From IMG/VR virus record IMGVR_UViG_3300036399_000656, positions 1 through 62,091 of that record: DNA of 62,091 bases. The stretch is one strand, 5' to 3'. Origin of the DNA: a virus (lineage: Duplodnaviria; Caudoviricetes). The position numbers and the translations under genes are program-made. Under the pieces are notes generated by a model. That model did no database searches, was not told where the DNA came from, and worked only from the letters and a program-made list of their open reading frames with translations. This document shows positions 15,609 to 26,075 of this stretch, one piece after another (positions within the stretch are counted from its first letter, which is position 1; the number at the start of each line of letters is the position of its first letter).

Positions 15609-15903
15609 CATTCAAAACTGGGATAGGGCTATACTTATTCTCAATACCATGATTGAGGAGAAGATTGAGATATATGAGGTTATGAGGATTTTTACTCCTA
15701 TGGCTACTAAGTCACGAAGAAAACTTCTTTATTGTGACCCGGCAATCAGTTCTGAAGATCTTGATCAGGTTGAGAAGGCCATAAATAGATACAGAGAAAC
15801 AATGAAGGAGATATCTGAAACAAAAGTAGAGACTAGGATCAAGAGGTCTTCCTTCTTCAAAACGCTTCAAGAGCATTATGATCAGAACAAAGACAAAAAA
15901 TAA
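15601..15903 (+). CDS. Hypothetical protein (100 aa)
   Basis: ORF track; overlap coupling. Confidence 0.7.
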   Translation: MNNIQNWDRAILILNTMIEEKIEIYEVMRIFTPMATKSRRKLLYCDPAISSEDLDQVEKAINRYRETMKEISETKVETRIKRSSFFKTLQEHYDQNKDKK

Positions 15904-16135
15904 CTACCTCAAAATCATAGAGGTATACGAATACTACATCCGAAGAGAACAGGTAGATCCTGTAAAGGTTGAGGGCTTGATGTCAGACTGGGACGCGGTG
16001 ATGGTTTTTGGGAGTTACTCGTCGCTACGCCGATGCGTGAATAAACTCAAGAATAAGATACCGATTGGGAAGAAGAACTTTGACAAACAAAAACAGGTGC
16101 TAGAGATTTACGAACAAAAATTAGCGAACAAATGA
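15878..16135 (+). CDS. Hypothetical protein (85 aa)
   Basis: ORF track. Confidence 0.7.
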   Translation: MIRTKTKNNYLKIIEVYEYYIRREQVDPVKVEGLMSDWDAVMVFGSYSSLRRCVNKLKNKIPIGKKNFDKQKQVLEIYEQKLANK

Positions 16136-16935
16136 ACTTAAATGGGATTAACTTAGAAAAGCTGAGACTCGTAAATGGGGAGTGTGTAATTCAACTTCAT
16201 TCACTTACTGAGGATGAGATTGACTTTAACGGTGGAAAACTAAAGATAGTCAATAAGATAAAAAATTACATTTCAGAGGTTGATGATGATGAAATGGTTG
16301 GCATTGTCAAGGCATTAAAGAAGTCTCAGTACAAGGATAAGCAGCTAATGAAAGAGTACGAAATAATGGCTAAGGAGTCGAGTAAAGAGGCTGATCCAGA
16401 TAAAGAGGATATACAAGGCAAGCAGGCGGTAAGGAGGGGTAAGATTATTAGGATTGCTGAAAAAGACCTTAGTCAACAAGGATGGGACTACGATTGTGAA
16501 TTTGATGCGGTAGAGGGGGATGAGGTTTGGTTTGACGCCACATTTACTCGCGAGATGATTACAGAAGGCGAGGGCGGCTGCATAATTGACGGTAAGGTGT
16601 ATTTAAACATCTCTAAAAAATCAATTTACGCAATGAAGCGTGGAGATGAGATTGTTAGCTTGAATGGTTACATAATAGGAAAGCTGCTTGGAAACGACAG
16701 AAAGATTGGCTCAATACACATGGTAGATAACGATATCCAAAGAGTTGAAGTCGTTGTGCCAAATGCTAGAACACCAAGATACACATTCCCAGATACCTGG
16801 ACAAATACCGAAGTTAAAAAAGGCGATGTTGTTTGTATCAGAAACATATTTGCGATTAAACTTGACCCAACACTTGCTAAAACCACGGAATATGTTCGTT
16901 TTCAACCACGTGTGATAATGGCATACGAAAGATGA
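16132..16935 (+). CDS. Tandem GroES-like domain protein
   Basis: RRGKII...VEGDEVWF...IDGKVYL.I....IYAMKRG...LNGYII...EVKKGDVV. Confidence 0.6.
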   Translation: MNLNGINLEKLRLVNGECVIQLHSLTEDEIDFNGGKLKIVNKIKNYISEVDDDEMVGIVKALKKSQYKDKQLMKEYEIMAKESSKEADPDKEDIQGKQAVRRGKIIRIAEKDLSQQGWDYDCEFDAVEGDEVWFDATFTREMITEGEGGCIIDGKVYLNISKKSIYAMKRGDEIVSLNGYIIGKLLGNDRKIGSIHMVDNDIQRVEVVVPNARTPRYTFPDTWTNTEVKKGDVVCIRNIFAIKLDPTLAKTTEYVRFQPRVIMAYER

Positions 16936-17585
16936 TAAAATTAGATTTTAGTAAAATATCTTACAACATTGAAGGCATCCCGGATGACGAGGCCGTCGTA
17001 TACCGTTTCTCGGACCTGGCCAGTCAAGCCCATATTCTCGATAGGTCTGACGACCTTCCTGAAGGGGTTAGCGCCGACAAGGTTGTTCGATATCTCATAT
17101 ATATGTTCGCTCCAGGTACTCCCGTTAAAGATGCGTATCCGGACATCAACCAGCGCAAACGATATACTTTGAACAAGCTGAACATCATGGTTGATGACAC
17201 GGATCCAGACAACGGGTACGCTCAGCTCTGCATGATGAATGTAGACTGGGCGGTGGAGCGATACATCGTATTTACCCGCCTACAATGCTCGGAAGACTAC
17301 TCGATCATGTGTACGGCGGATATAAGGATATCGGCATTGCAGAGGGCGCTGCTAACTCAGCCCGTGGACAGGTCAAATGACGATAAGAACTTCCAAGCAG
17401 GACTTGAGAGTTGGCGCCAAACTCTTGTAGATGCAAGGACTCGGATAATGAATGACGAGACGAGCATTACCTTGCAGAAGGCAATTACGTTCTCTGTTAG
17501 GGCTGAGAATTTAGGGATACAGCCAGAACACTATTCCCGCATATGGCGTGAGAAGAAAGAAATATTCCCGGAGATTATACCATAA
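16932..17585 (+). CDS. Hypothetical protein, candidate terminase small subunit
   Basis: Immediately upstream of TerL; helical character. Confidence 0.5.
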   Translation: MIKLDFSKISYNIEGIPDDEAVVYRFSDLASQAHILDRSDDLPEGVSADKVVRYLIYMFAPGTPVKDAYPDINQRKRYTLNKLNIMVDDTDPDNGYAQLCMMNVDWAVERYIVFTRLQCSEDYSIMCTADIRISALQRALLTQPVDRSNDDKNFQAGLESWRQTLVDARTRIMNDETSITLQKAITFSVRAENLGIQPEHYSRIWREKKEIFPEIIP

Positions 17586-17596
17586 AGTATTATACC

Positions 17597-20059
17597 ATGA
17601 AGTACGAATACGATGAGGAGGACAAATACGTTTCGTTCCATGAGGATGATGATGAGTTGGATACCATCCGAATCCCCCTGCCCCGGCTTGAGGAGTGGTA
17701 CTCACGCCATTTGAAACGTGAGGTTACAAGGGAAGAGGCGCTTACGTATGTGGACGGATATGGTCTTGATCCAAAGGAACAGAAGTTTCGTTATCAAGAG
17801 GTTCCCGAAAAGATAAAGCTCATTTACGAGGTTGTGTTCAACAAGAAACACATAGCCAACAAGTCTAAGTACAAGGAGATGGGCGACGTAAGGCTTGAGG
17901 ACATCTACGAGGAGATTGAGTCCAATCAAAAGTATTACGCGATGGAGATTGAGTGGATCAAACTCCAAATCAAGCGCCGTTATGTTGGATATTGGTGTTT
18001 CATTAAAGGGAAACCAGTATACTTAAACGGAGCTAACTACTTCTTCCTAAACTTTTGGACGGTAAAGAACTTTGGCAAGAACAACAACCGCCCAGACTAC
18101 CGCGACTACCAGCGCAAGATGTTTCACCTTTTCATGTATGCGTACACTACAGAAGATGCGTTCTACAAGCACAAGATCCTGTATCGGGAAGACGGCATTG
18201 TAAAGACTAAGTATTCAAACCAAGAAGTAAAAAGTGTCGTTGACGATATGAACGAGCAAGGGTTTGAGTATTACGTCGAGCCAAACGTAAACGTAACCGT
18301 AGGCAGGGGAAAACGGACAGTACACGGAATCAACTTTGTGTCCGGACGCCGTATCGCCAAGACTGCAATCGCTTGTTGTTTCTGCACGTGGGGGACACTC
18401 AATATGCCTGACCAGACCTTTATCATTCAAGCAATGAATGAGGACCAGGCGGTTAATAAGATATTTATCAAGCAGATACAAACTCCCGTAAGTAAACTTC
18501 CGTTTTTCTTCCGACCACACTACCGGGGAAGGATCGAGGCCAAGGAGGGGTTACGTTTTCAATACGAAGGATCAATCGCATCAGCTGCAAGGGCGGGGAT
18601 TATTCCTGAACAGATGGAGTGCTTCATCACGCCATTATCGTCGTCGGAAAAGGCGGCGGATGGTGAAGCGGAGATTGCATTTGTCTACCGTGACGAGCCA
18701 GCGAAGAAGACGGACGCGAAGGCAGCTGACCAAAATATCCCGACGTGGTGGTACAACACGATGAAGCCTGCCATCGAGCGAGGTGAAAATATTCGTGGGT
18801 TCTGCATCATGCCGTCTACTGTAGGTGACATGGATACAGGGGGTGGAGCGCAGTTCTTTGATATTGCTAATGACTCACACTTCTCCGATCGCAACGAGAA
18901 CGGAACAACTCCATCAGGACTCATAAACTTCTTCCTTCCAGGTTACTACGCCGTTGAGGGTTACATTGACGAGTATGGGGCAAGCATTATTGACGACCCC
19001 AAAGAACCTGTAATGTCCAATGAAGGCAAGTGGATTACTAAGGGAGCCAAGTCGTATCTTTTAAACCAAGCGGATTACTTTGAGCGCAAGCGTGAGTGGC
19101 AGAAGCTCATCAAGTTGCAGCAGAACTTCCCAATGACCTGGAAGCACGCATTTGCTGTGATCCCTAAGGACATGGGTATGCCCATCGAGAAAATGCGTGA
19201 CCGCATATCGGAACTTAAATTTCTACGAACACCAATTACGACGAAGATTAATTTTAAATGGGTTGGCGATAAGTTTGGAGGGGACGTATATGTTGAGAAC
19301 GACCCCAAGGGAAGCTGGACCATGAGTTATCTACCTCCGCAAGATCAGAGAAACAAGAGAACCGTAGTTTCAATGGAGGAGGGTTATATACCACCAAAGG
19401 AGCGTGGGCCTATTTATGCTCCCGATCCGTCGGTGATGAACAAGTACTTTCTTTGCTGTGACCCGGTAAAGTTTCACAAGAGAAATACGGTAGGTAAAAA
19501 GAAATCAAATGCGGCAGCGGCGGTTTTCTACAAACGAGATAGCCAGATAGATCCAGACAACAAACCAAGAAGCGAATGGGTTAGCAATGACTGGATTCTT
19601 ACTTATAACAGACAGACTGAAGACAAGGCAGAGTACCACGAGGAGTGGTTGAAGGCAGCTGTATTCCTTGGGGCCTACGTTTACCCAGAGTGGCCCGATG
19701 GGGAGGCCCTTGTAGAATATTTTAGGGATAATGGTTTTGATGGTTACCTTTTAAAAGATTTGGGGTCTGATGGAAAGCAGGACGCAAGGCCAGGTGTCTG
19801 GGCGGGTGAGGCAGAGAAAAACGAAATGGCTGGAGATATTATGACGTTCTTTAACAATAATGTTAGGTACGTAAAAATATGGGAGATAATTGAAGAGTGG
19901 AGTCAGATGAGGGGATTAGATGACTTGACAAACCATGACTTGTGTGCCGCTACAGGGTGGTGCATGAGGGCTATAAAAAGCAGAATGCCAGACCTTTACA
20001 AGGAGGTATATCAGCCAATAGAGATAAAGGGGGGCTTTGCAATGTTTGATGTAGAATGA
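17597..20059 (+). CDS. terL: Terminase large subunit (crAss-like)
   Basis: LNGANYFFLNF, PDYRD, Walker A-like GRRIAKT, Walker B VYRDE, STVG coupling motif, nuclease CCDP...HD. Confidence 0.92.
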   Translation: MKYEYDEEDKYVSFHEDDDELDTIRIPLPRLEEWYSRHLKREVTREEALTYVDGYGLDPKEQKFRYQEVPEKIKLIYEVVFNKKHIANKSKYKEMGDVRLEDIYEEIESNQKYYAMEIEWIKLQIKRRYVGYWCFIKGKPVYLNGANYFFLNFWTVKNFGKNNNRPDYRDYQRKMFHLFMYAYTTEDAFYKHKILYREDGIVKTKYSNQEVKSVVDDMNEQGFEYYVEPNVNVTVGRGKRTVHGINFVSGRRIAKTAIACCFCTWGTLNMPDQTFIIQAMNEDQAVNKIFIKQIQTPVSKLPFFFRPHYRGRIEAKEGLRFQYEGSIASAARAGIIPEQMECFITPLSSSEKAADGEAEIAFVYRDEPAKKTDAKAADQNIPTWWYNTMKPAIERGENIRGFCIMPSTVGDMDTGGGAQFFDIANDSHFSDRNENGTTPSGLINFFLPGYYAVEGYIDEYGASIIDDPKEPVMSNEGKWITKGAKSYLLNQADYFERKREWQKLIKLQQNFPMTWKHAFAVIPKDMGMPIEKMRDRISELKFLRTPITTKINFKWVGDKFGGDVYVENDPKGSWTMSYLPPQDQRNKRTVVSMEEGYIPPKERGPIYAPDPSVMNKYFLCCDPVKFHKRNTVGKKKSNAAAAVFYKRDSQIDPDNKPRSEWVSNDWILTYNRQTEDKAEYHEEWLKAAVFLGAYVYPEWPDGEALVEYFRDNGFDGYLLKDLGSDGKQDARPGVWAGEAEKNEMAGDIMTFFNNNVRYVKIWEIIEEWSQMRGLDDLTNHDLCAATGWCMRAIKSRMPDLYKEVYQPIEIKGGFAMFDVE

Positions 20060-20089
20060 TTGTTTTCAGCTATTTAATAAAAAATTTAC

Positions 20090-20116
20090 TACATTTGTGC
20101 TGGTAAACTAAATTTG
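20090..20116 (+). promoter_or_regulatory. Tandem promoter boxes upstream of portal
   Basis: TACATTTG 20090-20097 and TAAATTTG 20109-20116. Confidence 0.6.
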
Positions 20117-20122
20117 TAAGAT

Positions 20123-22519
20123 ATGATATTACCACAGATACTTGGTAGTATGTTGTTTCCAAATGACAACATACCTGAAGTTGACAAGTTAAAGCCGGAG
20201 TTTGGATTACGTTGTGCGAGAGCGCTTTATACTCGTTTTTGTTCTGGTGGTACATACTTCACGTACACACAAATCCCTGAGATGCAGGAGGTTAGAAACT
20301 ACGGTGCTGGTAATCAGTCGCAGGAGAAGTACAAGAATTGGTTTACCAATGGATCCCCTATTGGATCAAAGGGGGTAAATCAGAACGAGTCAAATTCAGG
20401 AAACAAGGGCTTAAGTAAAGCGCAGAGAAAGGCAATGGCTAATGTTAGCTATGACATCTTCTCGCCCATGAGAAAATTATCGAATGTTCTTCTATCAATT
20501 CTTGCGGATAATGATTATAAACTTGATTGTGTTTCTCTTGATAAAAACATCATCAATAAAAAGAAGCGTCAAAAATATGATTTGTACGCTAAAGCGAATT
20601 ACACGAATCCATTAGCAAGACAGTTAGGTCTTCCGGAGTTCAAGTTGCCTTTCGTTCCTAAAGACGAGACAATGCTAGAGATGGCGGATCGTCTTGGTTT
20701 TTTTAAGAGCAAGTATGAGGTTGCTTTGGAAAAATTAGCCGAGTCTGGTTTTAGAGCTTCAAATTGGGCTGGTCAGCGCATGGAGTTTAACCGTGATGCG
20801 ATTGACTTTCACTTCCGCGCAGCTAAGATTTACAATGACCCTATGACTGGACAGGTTAAGTTTCAATATATTGACCCTGCTCGAATGGTCATGCTTTGGA
20901 ATGAGGATAACCAGGATGAGCCTGTGGCAATTGGCCATATCGAGGCCGAGACCGTGCAGTCTATTTACGACAAGTTGATTGACGCTGGTTTTACTGAGGT
21001 TCAAATACAGGCTATGGCCAAGTCTTATGTTCCTTATCAGACAAGTGTATCTACAATCCCGCAATGGGCGTTTGAACGTAAGGACTCCACTACAAACCGC
21101 TGGGTTTGGATGGACTTCAAGGTTTATGTGTTGAAGTTTGAGTACCTATCCACAGACTACAAGCAGTATGTAGAGCGCACAAATAAGCAGGGATATGGAA
21201 GTTATATCCGTAACAACAAGCCGGTAGACGAGAAGAAAAAGAACCCTAGCGACACATACGAAGAGGTTAGCTGTAACTACTGGTATGAGGGCGCTTACAT
21301 TATTTCCGGCACTGGACAAGATAAGATCTACGACTGGAAAAAGAAGCCCAACCAGATGCAGAAGGGCTTGTCTCCGATGAGTTCGTATGTTATCCATCGT
21401 ATCAACGGTCAGTCTCCTACACGCAGCGTGAAGGGGTTGCTCGATGACTTGATGTTCGCGGTATTGAAGTTACGTGCAGCGGTATGGGCTGCTGCACCGA
21501 AGGGATATAGAATTGACGTTGGTGAAGCCGCCAACATCAAGATTGGAGGTGTAGAGTACGACCTGTTCGACCTCATGCACATCCACCGTCAAAACGGTAT
21601 TCAGATTGTTGCCACTAAATTCAACGCAGCAACAGGTAAGTATGTGTCTCAGCCATTGTCAGAAATGGATAACGGTCTTGGCCCACAGGGTCAGGAGTGG
21701 CTTGCTCAAATTGCCAATCTTCAAATGATGATTAAGGACTTGATGGGCATCCCGGATGCGATGGCCGCAAGTCCTGATCAGTCAGCAGAACGATTGGTTG
21801 GTGTAATGGAGGCCGATTACATTGCTGGTAACCACGCCAACTGGCCACTACGTGAGTCGGAGCGTCAGTTTAAACAGAAACTTGGTGAGAGAATAATTCA
21901 CCAGGCACGTATAGATATTGAATACGACCCCAAGATTCGCGAGTTTTATGAGAGTATTATTGGCGAAACCATGATTAATTCCTTGGACGACATCGAAGGT
22001 TTGTCATTAGATCAACTAGCGATTACCTGCAAGGTTCTTCCAAACGAGAAGGAAAAGAGTGCCATTCTTCAACGTGCTATGCAGATGTCTCAGATGCCAA
22101 CCAAGGACGGCGCTGTTCTGTTAAGTCCTTCAAGTGTAGAGCGTGTAGCTCAACTGTTGAAGAATGGGGATGTGGATGAGGCACTTTGGTTTATGGCTAC
22201 CGAAGAGACGGAGGCCCGTCAACGCGAGGAGCAACACGCTCAAATGATGATGCAGCAGACCATTGAAGGACAGCAGCAATCCGCTATGATGGCTGAAGAA
22301 GCCAAGCGTCAAACTGCAATGCAACTTGCTGAGATTGAAATCATGAAGCAGCGTGAGATGGCCAACATGGAACTTATGAAGGAACAGGAGATGGCTAGGA
22401 TTAAGGCTGATGGAAACTATCAAGTTCAGTTATTGAAAGGAAAACAGATTCTAGAACAAATACAGCTTGAGGCAACACTCGAAGCTCAATTAGGAAACGA
22501 AATAACAGGTAGAGTATAA
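20123..22519 (+). CDS. Portal protein
   Basis: 798 aa after TerL; FP.D....K...EFGL..ARA N-terminus, YIDPA, Q/M/E-rich coiled-coil C-terminal barrel. Confidence 0.88.
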   Translation: MILPQILGSMLFPNDNIPEVDKLKPEFGLRCARALYTRFCSGGTYFTYTQIPEMQEVRNYGAGNQSQEKYKNWFTNGSPIGSKGVNQNESNSGNKGLSKAQRKAMANVSYDIFSPMRKLSNVLLSILADNDYKLDCVSLDKNIINKKKRQKYDLYAKANYTNPLARQLGLPEFKLPFVPKDETMLEMADRLGFFKSKYEVALEKLAESGFRASNWAGQRMEFNRDAIDFHFRAAKIYNDPMTGQVKFQYIDPARMVMLWNEDNQDEPVAIGHIEAETVQSIYDKLIDAGFTEVQIQAMAKSYVPYQTSVSTIPQWAFERKDSTTNRWVWMDFKVYVLKFEYLSTDYKQYVERTNKQGYGSYIRNNKPVDEKKKNPSDTYEEVSCNYWYEGAYIISGTGQDKIYDWKKKPNQMQKGLSPMSSYVIHRINGQSPTRSVKGLLDDLMFAVLKLRAAVWAAAPKGYRIDVGEAANIKIGGVEYDLFDLMHIHRQNGIQIVATKFNAATGKYVSQPLSEMDNGLGPQGQEWLAQIANLQMMIKDLMGIPDAMAASPDQSAERLVGVMEADYIAGNHANWPLRESERQFKQKLGERIIHQARIDIEYDPKIREFYESIIGETMINSLDDIEGLSLDQLAITCKVLPNEKEKSAILQRAMQMSQMPTKDGAVLLSPSSVERVAQLLKNGDVDEALWFMATEETEARQREEQHAQMMMQQTIEGQQQSAMMAEEAKRQTAMQLAEIEIMKQREMANMELMKEQEMARIKADGNYQVQLLKGKQILEQIQLEATLEAQLGNEITGRV

Positions 22520-22524
22520 AACAT

Positions 22525-23583
22525 ATGGAAAACAACGAATTGAACAATCAAGAAGAATTGGTGAACGAACAAGTAACCAATCAAGAAACCGAACAGGTTA
22601 ATGAAGAAGTAGCGCCACAGGACAGTCCTTGGTTTGCTGCATATGGATACGAAAACGAAGACTCTTTTAAAAGTGAGTATGAACAACTGCGTTCATACAA
22701 GGGTCTTGCAGAAGAGTTAAGCCAAAAGCAAAAAGAAATTGAAGACGGACTCGCTCTTTTGCAAGAGGCTGATGATCCGTTTGGAGGTATTGAGGAAGCA
22801 AAGACTATGGTTGCATTTGGTAAAAAGGGCATTAGCTCATCTATAGCTAACCAAATTGTTTCCTCTAACCCGGATAGTCTTATGGAAGATCCGCTCAAGG
22901 CATTAGTGCTTGCGGAGGCGGTAAAGAATCCAGATAAATTCAAGCGATTAGGTCACTCAACTATTGAGGAGGCCATTCGTGAAAAATATAATTTAGGAGA
23001 AGGTGAGTATTATGCTACAGCTCTTTTAAAGTCTGATGCAATCGATGCAATCGAAATCATTGAAAAGACTAAAAAAGATGTTGAAACAGTTAAAAATCCT
23101 TTTACCTTTGCGAAAGAGCTAAAGAGCCAAAGTCAAAGACAGATTGCGGAAAGACAGACTATAGCACTTAACGAGGCAGAGTCCTACGGTAAGCAGCTAA
23201 AGGAGGTCCCCTACAAATTCGGCGATACGGAAGTTTCGTTACAAGTTTCAAACGAAGAGGTCGAATCGATTTTGAAGTCGCAGTATGCAGGTTATTTAGG
23301 TCAAGCCTTTGATACTACCACAAAGGAAGGTAAACAAGCGGTACGTGAATGGTTAACGAACCAAGTCCTCATTCATAAGGTTCAGTCTGGGGATCTAGGA
23401 GTTCAAATAGCCAAGTCACTTATGGCTCAAACCGAAAAAAAGGTGGTAAAAGAAGTCTACAACGGTCAGCCTAAAACGCCGAACCGAGTAGGCAAAACGT
23501 CTGCTGATACGAAGGGATTAAGCCCTGCTCAAAGAGATCTCATGGAGCGAGGAATTCCTTTGCCATCACAGTCGCTAAAGTAA
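22525..23583 (+). CDS. Putative capsid scaffolding protein
   Basis: Acidic and helical; between portal and capsid genes. Confidence 0.7.
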   Translation: MENNELNNQEELVNEQVTNQETEQVNEEVAPQDSPWFAAYGYENEDSFKSEYEQLRSYKGLAEELSQKQKEIEDGLALLQEADDPFGGIEEAKTMVAFGKKGISSSIANQIVSSNPDSLMEDPLKALVLAEAVKNPDKFKRLGHSTIEEAIREKYNLGEGEYYATALLKSDAIDAIEIIEKTKKDVETVKNPFTFAKELKSQSQRQIAERQTIALNEAESYGKQLKEVPYKFGDTEVSLQVSNEEVESILKSQYAGYLGQAFDTTTKEGKQAVREWLTNQVLIHKVQSGDLGVQIAKSLMAQTEKKVVKEVYNGQPKTPNRVGKTSADTKGLSPAQRDLMERGIPLPSQSLK

Positions 23584-23610
23584 TATTAACCATTAAAAAA
23601 ACTTAATAAA

Positions 23611-25074
23611 ATGGGTTTTGTAATTAATAACCCCACAGGTATTCAGCCGTTGTCAACATCGGCGATGAACTTTGGGAGCATCCAGAACAACTGGGATGCT
23701 ATTATGGAAGATTTCGATGCCGTAGCATATCTTCCTTTTGGTGATGAGTATTTCGATGCGATGAACCAAATCATGAACGCAGTAGGTAACCGCGAAATCG
23801 CGAAAAACCCACGTGTTCGTTGGTTTGAGATGACTCGTATGGAGGCTCCAATTTTGGTTGCTTCTACAGCTGCGTTTGCAGGACCTCCTGCTGGTTTCAC
23901 AGTTACTTTGGATGCATCAAACGTAGTAACTTTAGGTAGTACAACCTACTCTTGGCCAAATGTTGGTGATATTTGGAGAGATGCTAATGCAGGTTCTCTT
24001 TTCCAAATTATCCAAAAACCAGCCGCTAACCAGGTTGTAATGATTCCATTGATTACTGGCGCTGCTGCTCCAACTGGTTTGATGTATTACGTAGGTAACT
24101 CTGCGGGTGAAAACACCGGAGCGTACCCATCTAAGTTTACATTCGATGTAGTTCGTACATCTCCTTTGCAAACTTTCCGTAATGACACTACTTCTAGTTC
24201 TGAAGCGCTTTACAACCAACTTTGGTACTCACAGTTGGAGAACGGGGTTCAAACTCCATACTCTAACTCACGCGACATCATCTACTTGCAGCGTGAACAC
24301 CAGGTTGCACTTGTAAACACCTTCTTTGCTGGTACTCCATCTACTGCTACCAACTACAACACTGGTTTGAGTGCTACAAACTTCCAGACAACTACAGGTT
24401 TGGAATACGCAATCCGTAACAACGGTTCTGCATCCAACGGTGGTTCGAACACTGTAGTTCTTACCTCTGCTGCTACAGGCCCGGACCTTACTGACTTCTA
24501 TGAAATGGAAGCCGCTTTGACCTCACAGGATGGTTCTGTAAAGAACTACATGGTTTGGACTAGTGGTTATCTTCAGCAAGTATTGGAGCGCAACCTGTTC
24601 GGTAACGCTGCTGTTGCTCAGAACCCATTGCAGTTCAACGTACAGATCAACAAGGTTCAGATGGAGAAAACCTTCTGGGGCGAGGGCGCTTACGCTGACT
24701 TGATGAGCAAGACGTTCTCATTCAACAATCTCGTGTTCAACAACAAGAACTTCGGATTTGTTCGTATGGGTATCTTCGATAACCCAACCATGTTTGGTGT
24801 AGGTTCTAACACTCTTGGTCAAACAGATAACACTTGGAAAAACCAAGCGTTCTTCATTCCATTGAGTACCAATGGAGGTGTTGACGATGGTATGGGTAAC
24901 ATGGGTAAATATATCCGCGTATGCCACAAGCCAGGTGCATTCATGAATATGTGGCAAACAGGCGGTCGTGCAGCAGCTAACAAGACTGATGTATGGCAGC
25001 TCGGTGTTCATATCGTATCTGAATTAGGTTACAAGTTTGTAAACGCTAACAAGTACGGTTTGTTCTCAGTGTAA
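23611..25074 (+). CDS. Major capsid protein
   Basis: Position, size (487 aa), strong codon bias, TTGL motif, followed by a strong terminator. Confidence 0.85.
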   Translation: MGFVINNPTGIQPLSTSAMNFGSIQNNWDAIMEDFDAVAYLPFGDEYFDAMNQIMNAVGNREIAKNPRVRWFEMTRMEAPILVASTAAFAGPPAGFTVTLDASNVVTLGSTTYSWPNVGDIWRDANAGSLFQIIQKPAANQVVMIPLITGAAAPTGLMYYVGNSAGENTGAYPSKFTFDVVRTSPLQTFRNDTTSSSEALYNQLWYSQLENGVQTPYSNSRDIIYLQREHQVALVNTFFAGTPSTATNYNTGLSATNFQTTTGLEYAIRNNGSASNGGSNTVVLTSAATGPDLTDFYEMEAALTSQDGSVKNYMVWTSGYLQQVLERNLFGNAAVAQNPLQFNVQINKVQMEKTFWGEGAYADLMSKTFSFNNLVFNNKNFGFVRMGIFDNPTMFGVGSNTLGQTDNTWKNQAFFIPLSTNGGVDDGMGNMGKYIRVCHKPGAFMNMWQTGGRAAANKTDVWQLGVHIVSELGYKFVNANKYGLFSV

Positions 25075-25086
25075 TTAATAATCTTA

Positions 25087-25117
25087 AAACCGGGAGGGGG
25101 AAACTTCTCCCGGTTTT
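25087..25117 (+). terminator. Intrinsic terminator after capsid gene
   Basis: AAAACCGGGAGGG-GGAAA-CTTCTCCCGGTTTT. Confidence 0.8.
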
Positions 25118-25141
25118 CATACAAACAAAAAATAAAACGAT

Positions 25142-26071
25142 ATGTTATTTGATCTAAGCAACAATCAAGCTGTAGATGTTCCAGAATGGGCAGAACAGGA
25201 ATTGCGGGATACGTTTCCGTATTTTTTTAATGAAAAGAGACCGATTGTATTAAGGGTGATGGATAAATACAAGTTGAAAACCTACAAGGTTCCAACAAAC
25301 AATCCAGATGCAGACCCTATTTTGATGATTCAAGCCCCAGGGGCCACTTCTATTAGGTCTAGTGCAAATTTTTATGACAAAGAAAGTGAATCTGAGTACA
25401 CTTTAATTTATACTAACTCTGCTCCAACCAACATTAATGGTAATGTGACGTATCAAGGGGCAAGAGTTCAAATTGCTGATGGGTTCTCAATTCAGCCCCA
25501 TCAAAAGGATTTGTTGTTCTATATTCACTATATGTGTCCAATTATAGATGGGAACAAGTCCGTATTCAAATCGAATAGTGTAAGATATGAGTATGAGAAA
25601 AAAGACATCGAGGCTAAGAGCAAAATCAACCTTGCCAAGGCTGCTCGTGAGCTTGAGAATCTCATCTACTTCGATACTGATTATAAGACAATCTTGAAGG
25701 CTGTTGACGGCTTGGGCATGACTGCTCTTCACACAGAAGATGAGACTCGTGTAATGCTGTATGACGCAATTAAGAATGGTAGCGATACGTTCAAGAAGAA
25801 CGCCTTTGAAATCATCAACTCAGCAAAGCCTGTTCAAACACAGTCACCGGATGGAGAAACCATCCATGAGCTGGTAAACAGACTTTTGGGTGATAATTTT
25901 ATCAAAAATGAGGACGGTTTGTGGTATATTCGCGACCGTAGAGGCGATGGAACAAAGTGGTTGAAATCACCATTTTTTGAGTCAACGCAAACCGGTAGCG
26001 AAGCTGCATTTGCATTGATTGACCACCTCAAGGTAAATGAAGAATTATTAGGTAAATTAAGAAAACTATAA
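25142..26071 (+). CDS. Virion-module protein of unknown function (309 aa)
   Basis: ORF track; position after the capsid gene as in crAss-like gene order. Confidence 0.75.
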   Translation: MLFDLSNNQAVDVPEWAEQELRDTFPYFFNEKRPIVLRVMDKYKLKTYKVPTNNPDADPILMIQAPGATSIRSSANFYDKESESEYTLIYTNSAPTNINGNVTYQGARVQIADGFSIQPHQKDLLFYIHYMCPIIDGNKSVFKSNSVRYEYEKKDIEAKSKINLAKAARELENLIYFDTDYKTILKAVDGLGMTALHTEDETRVMLYDAIKNGSDTFKKNAFEIINSAKPVQTQSPDGETIHELVNRLLGDNFIKNEDGLWYIRDRRGDGTKWLKSPFFESTQTGSEAAFALIDHLKVNEELLGKLRKL

Positions 26072-26075
26072 AAAG

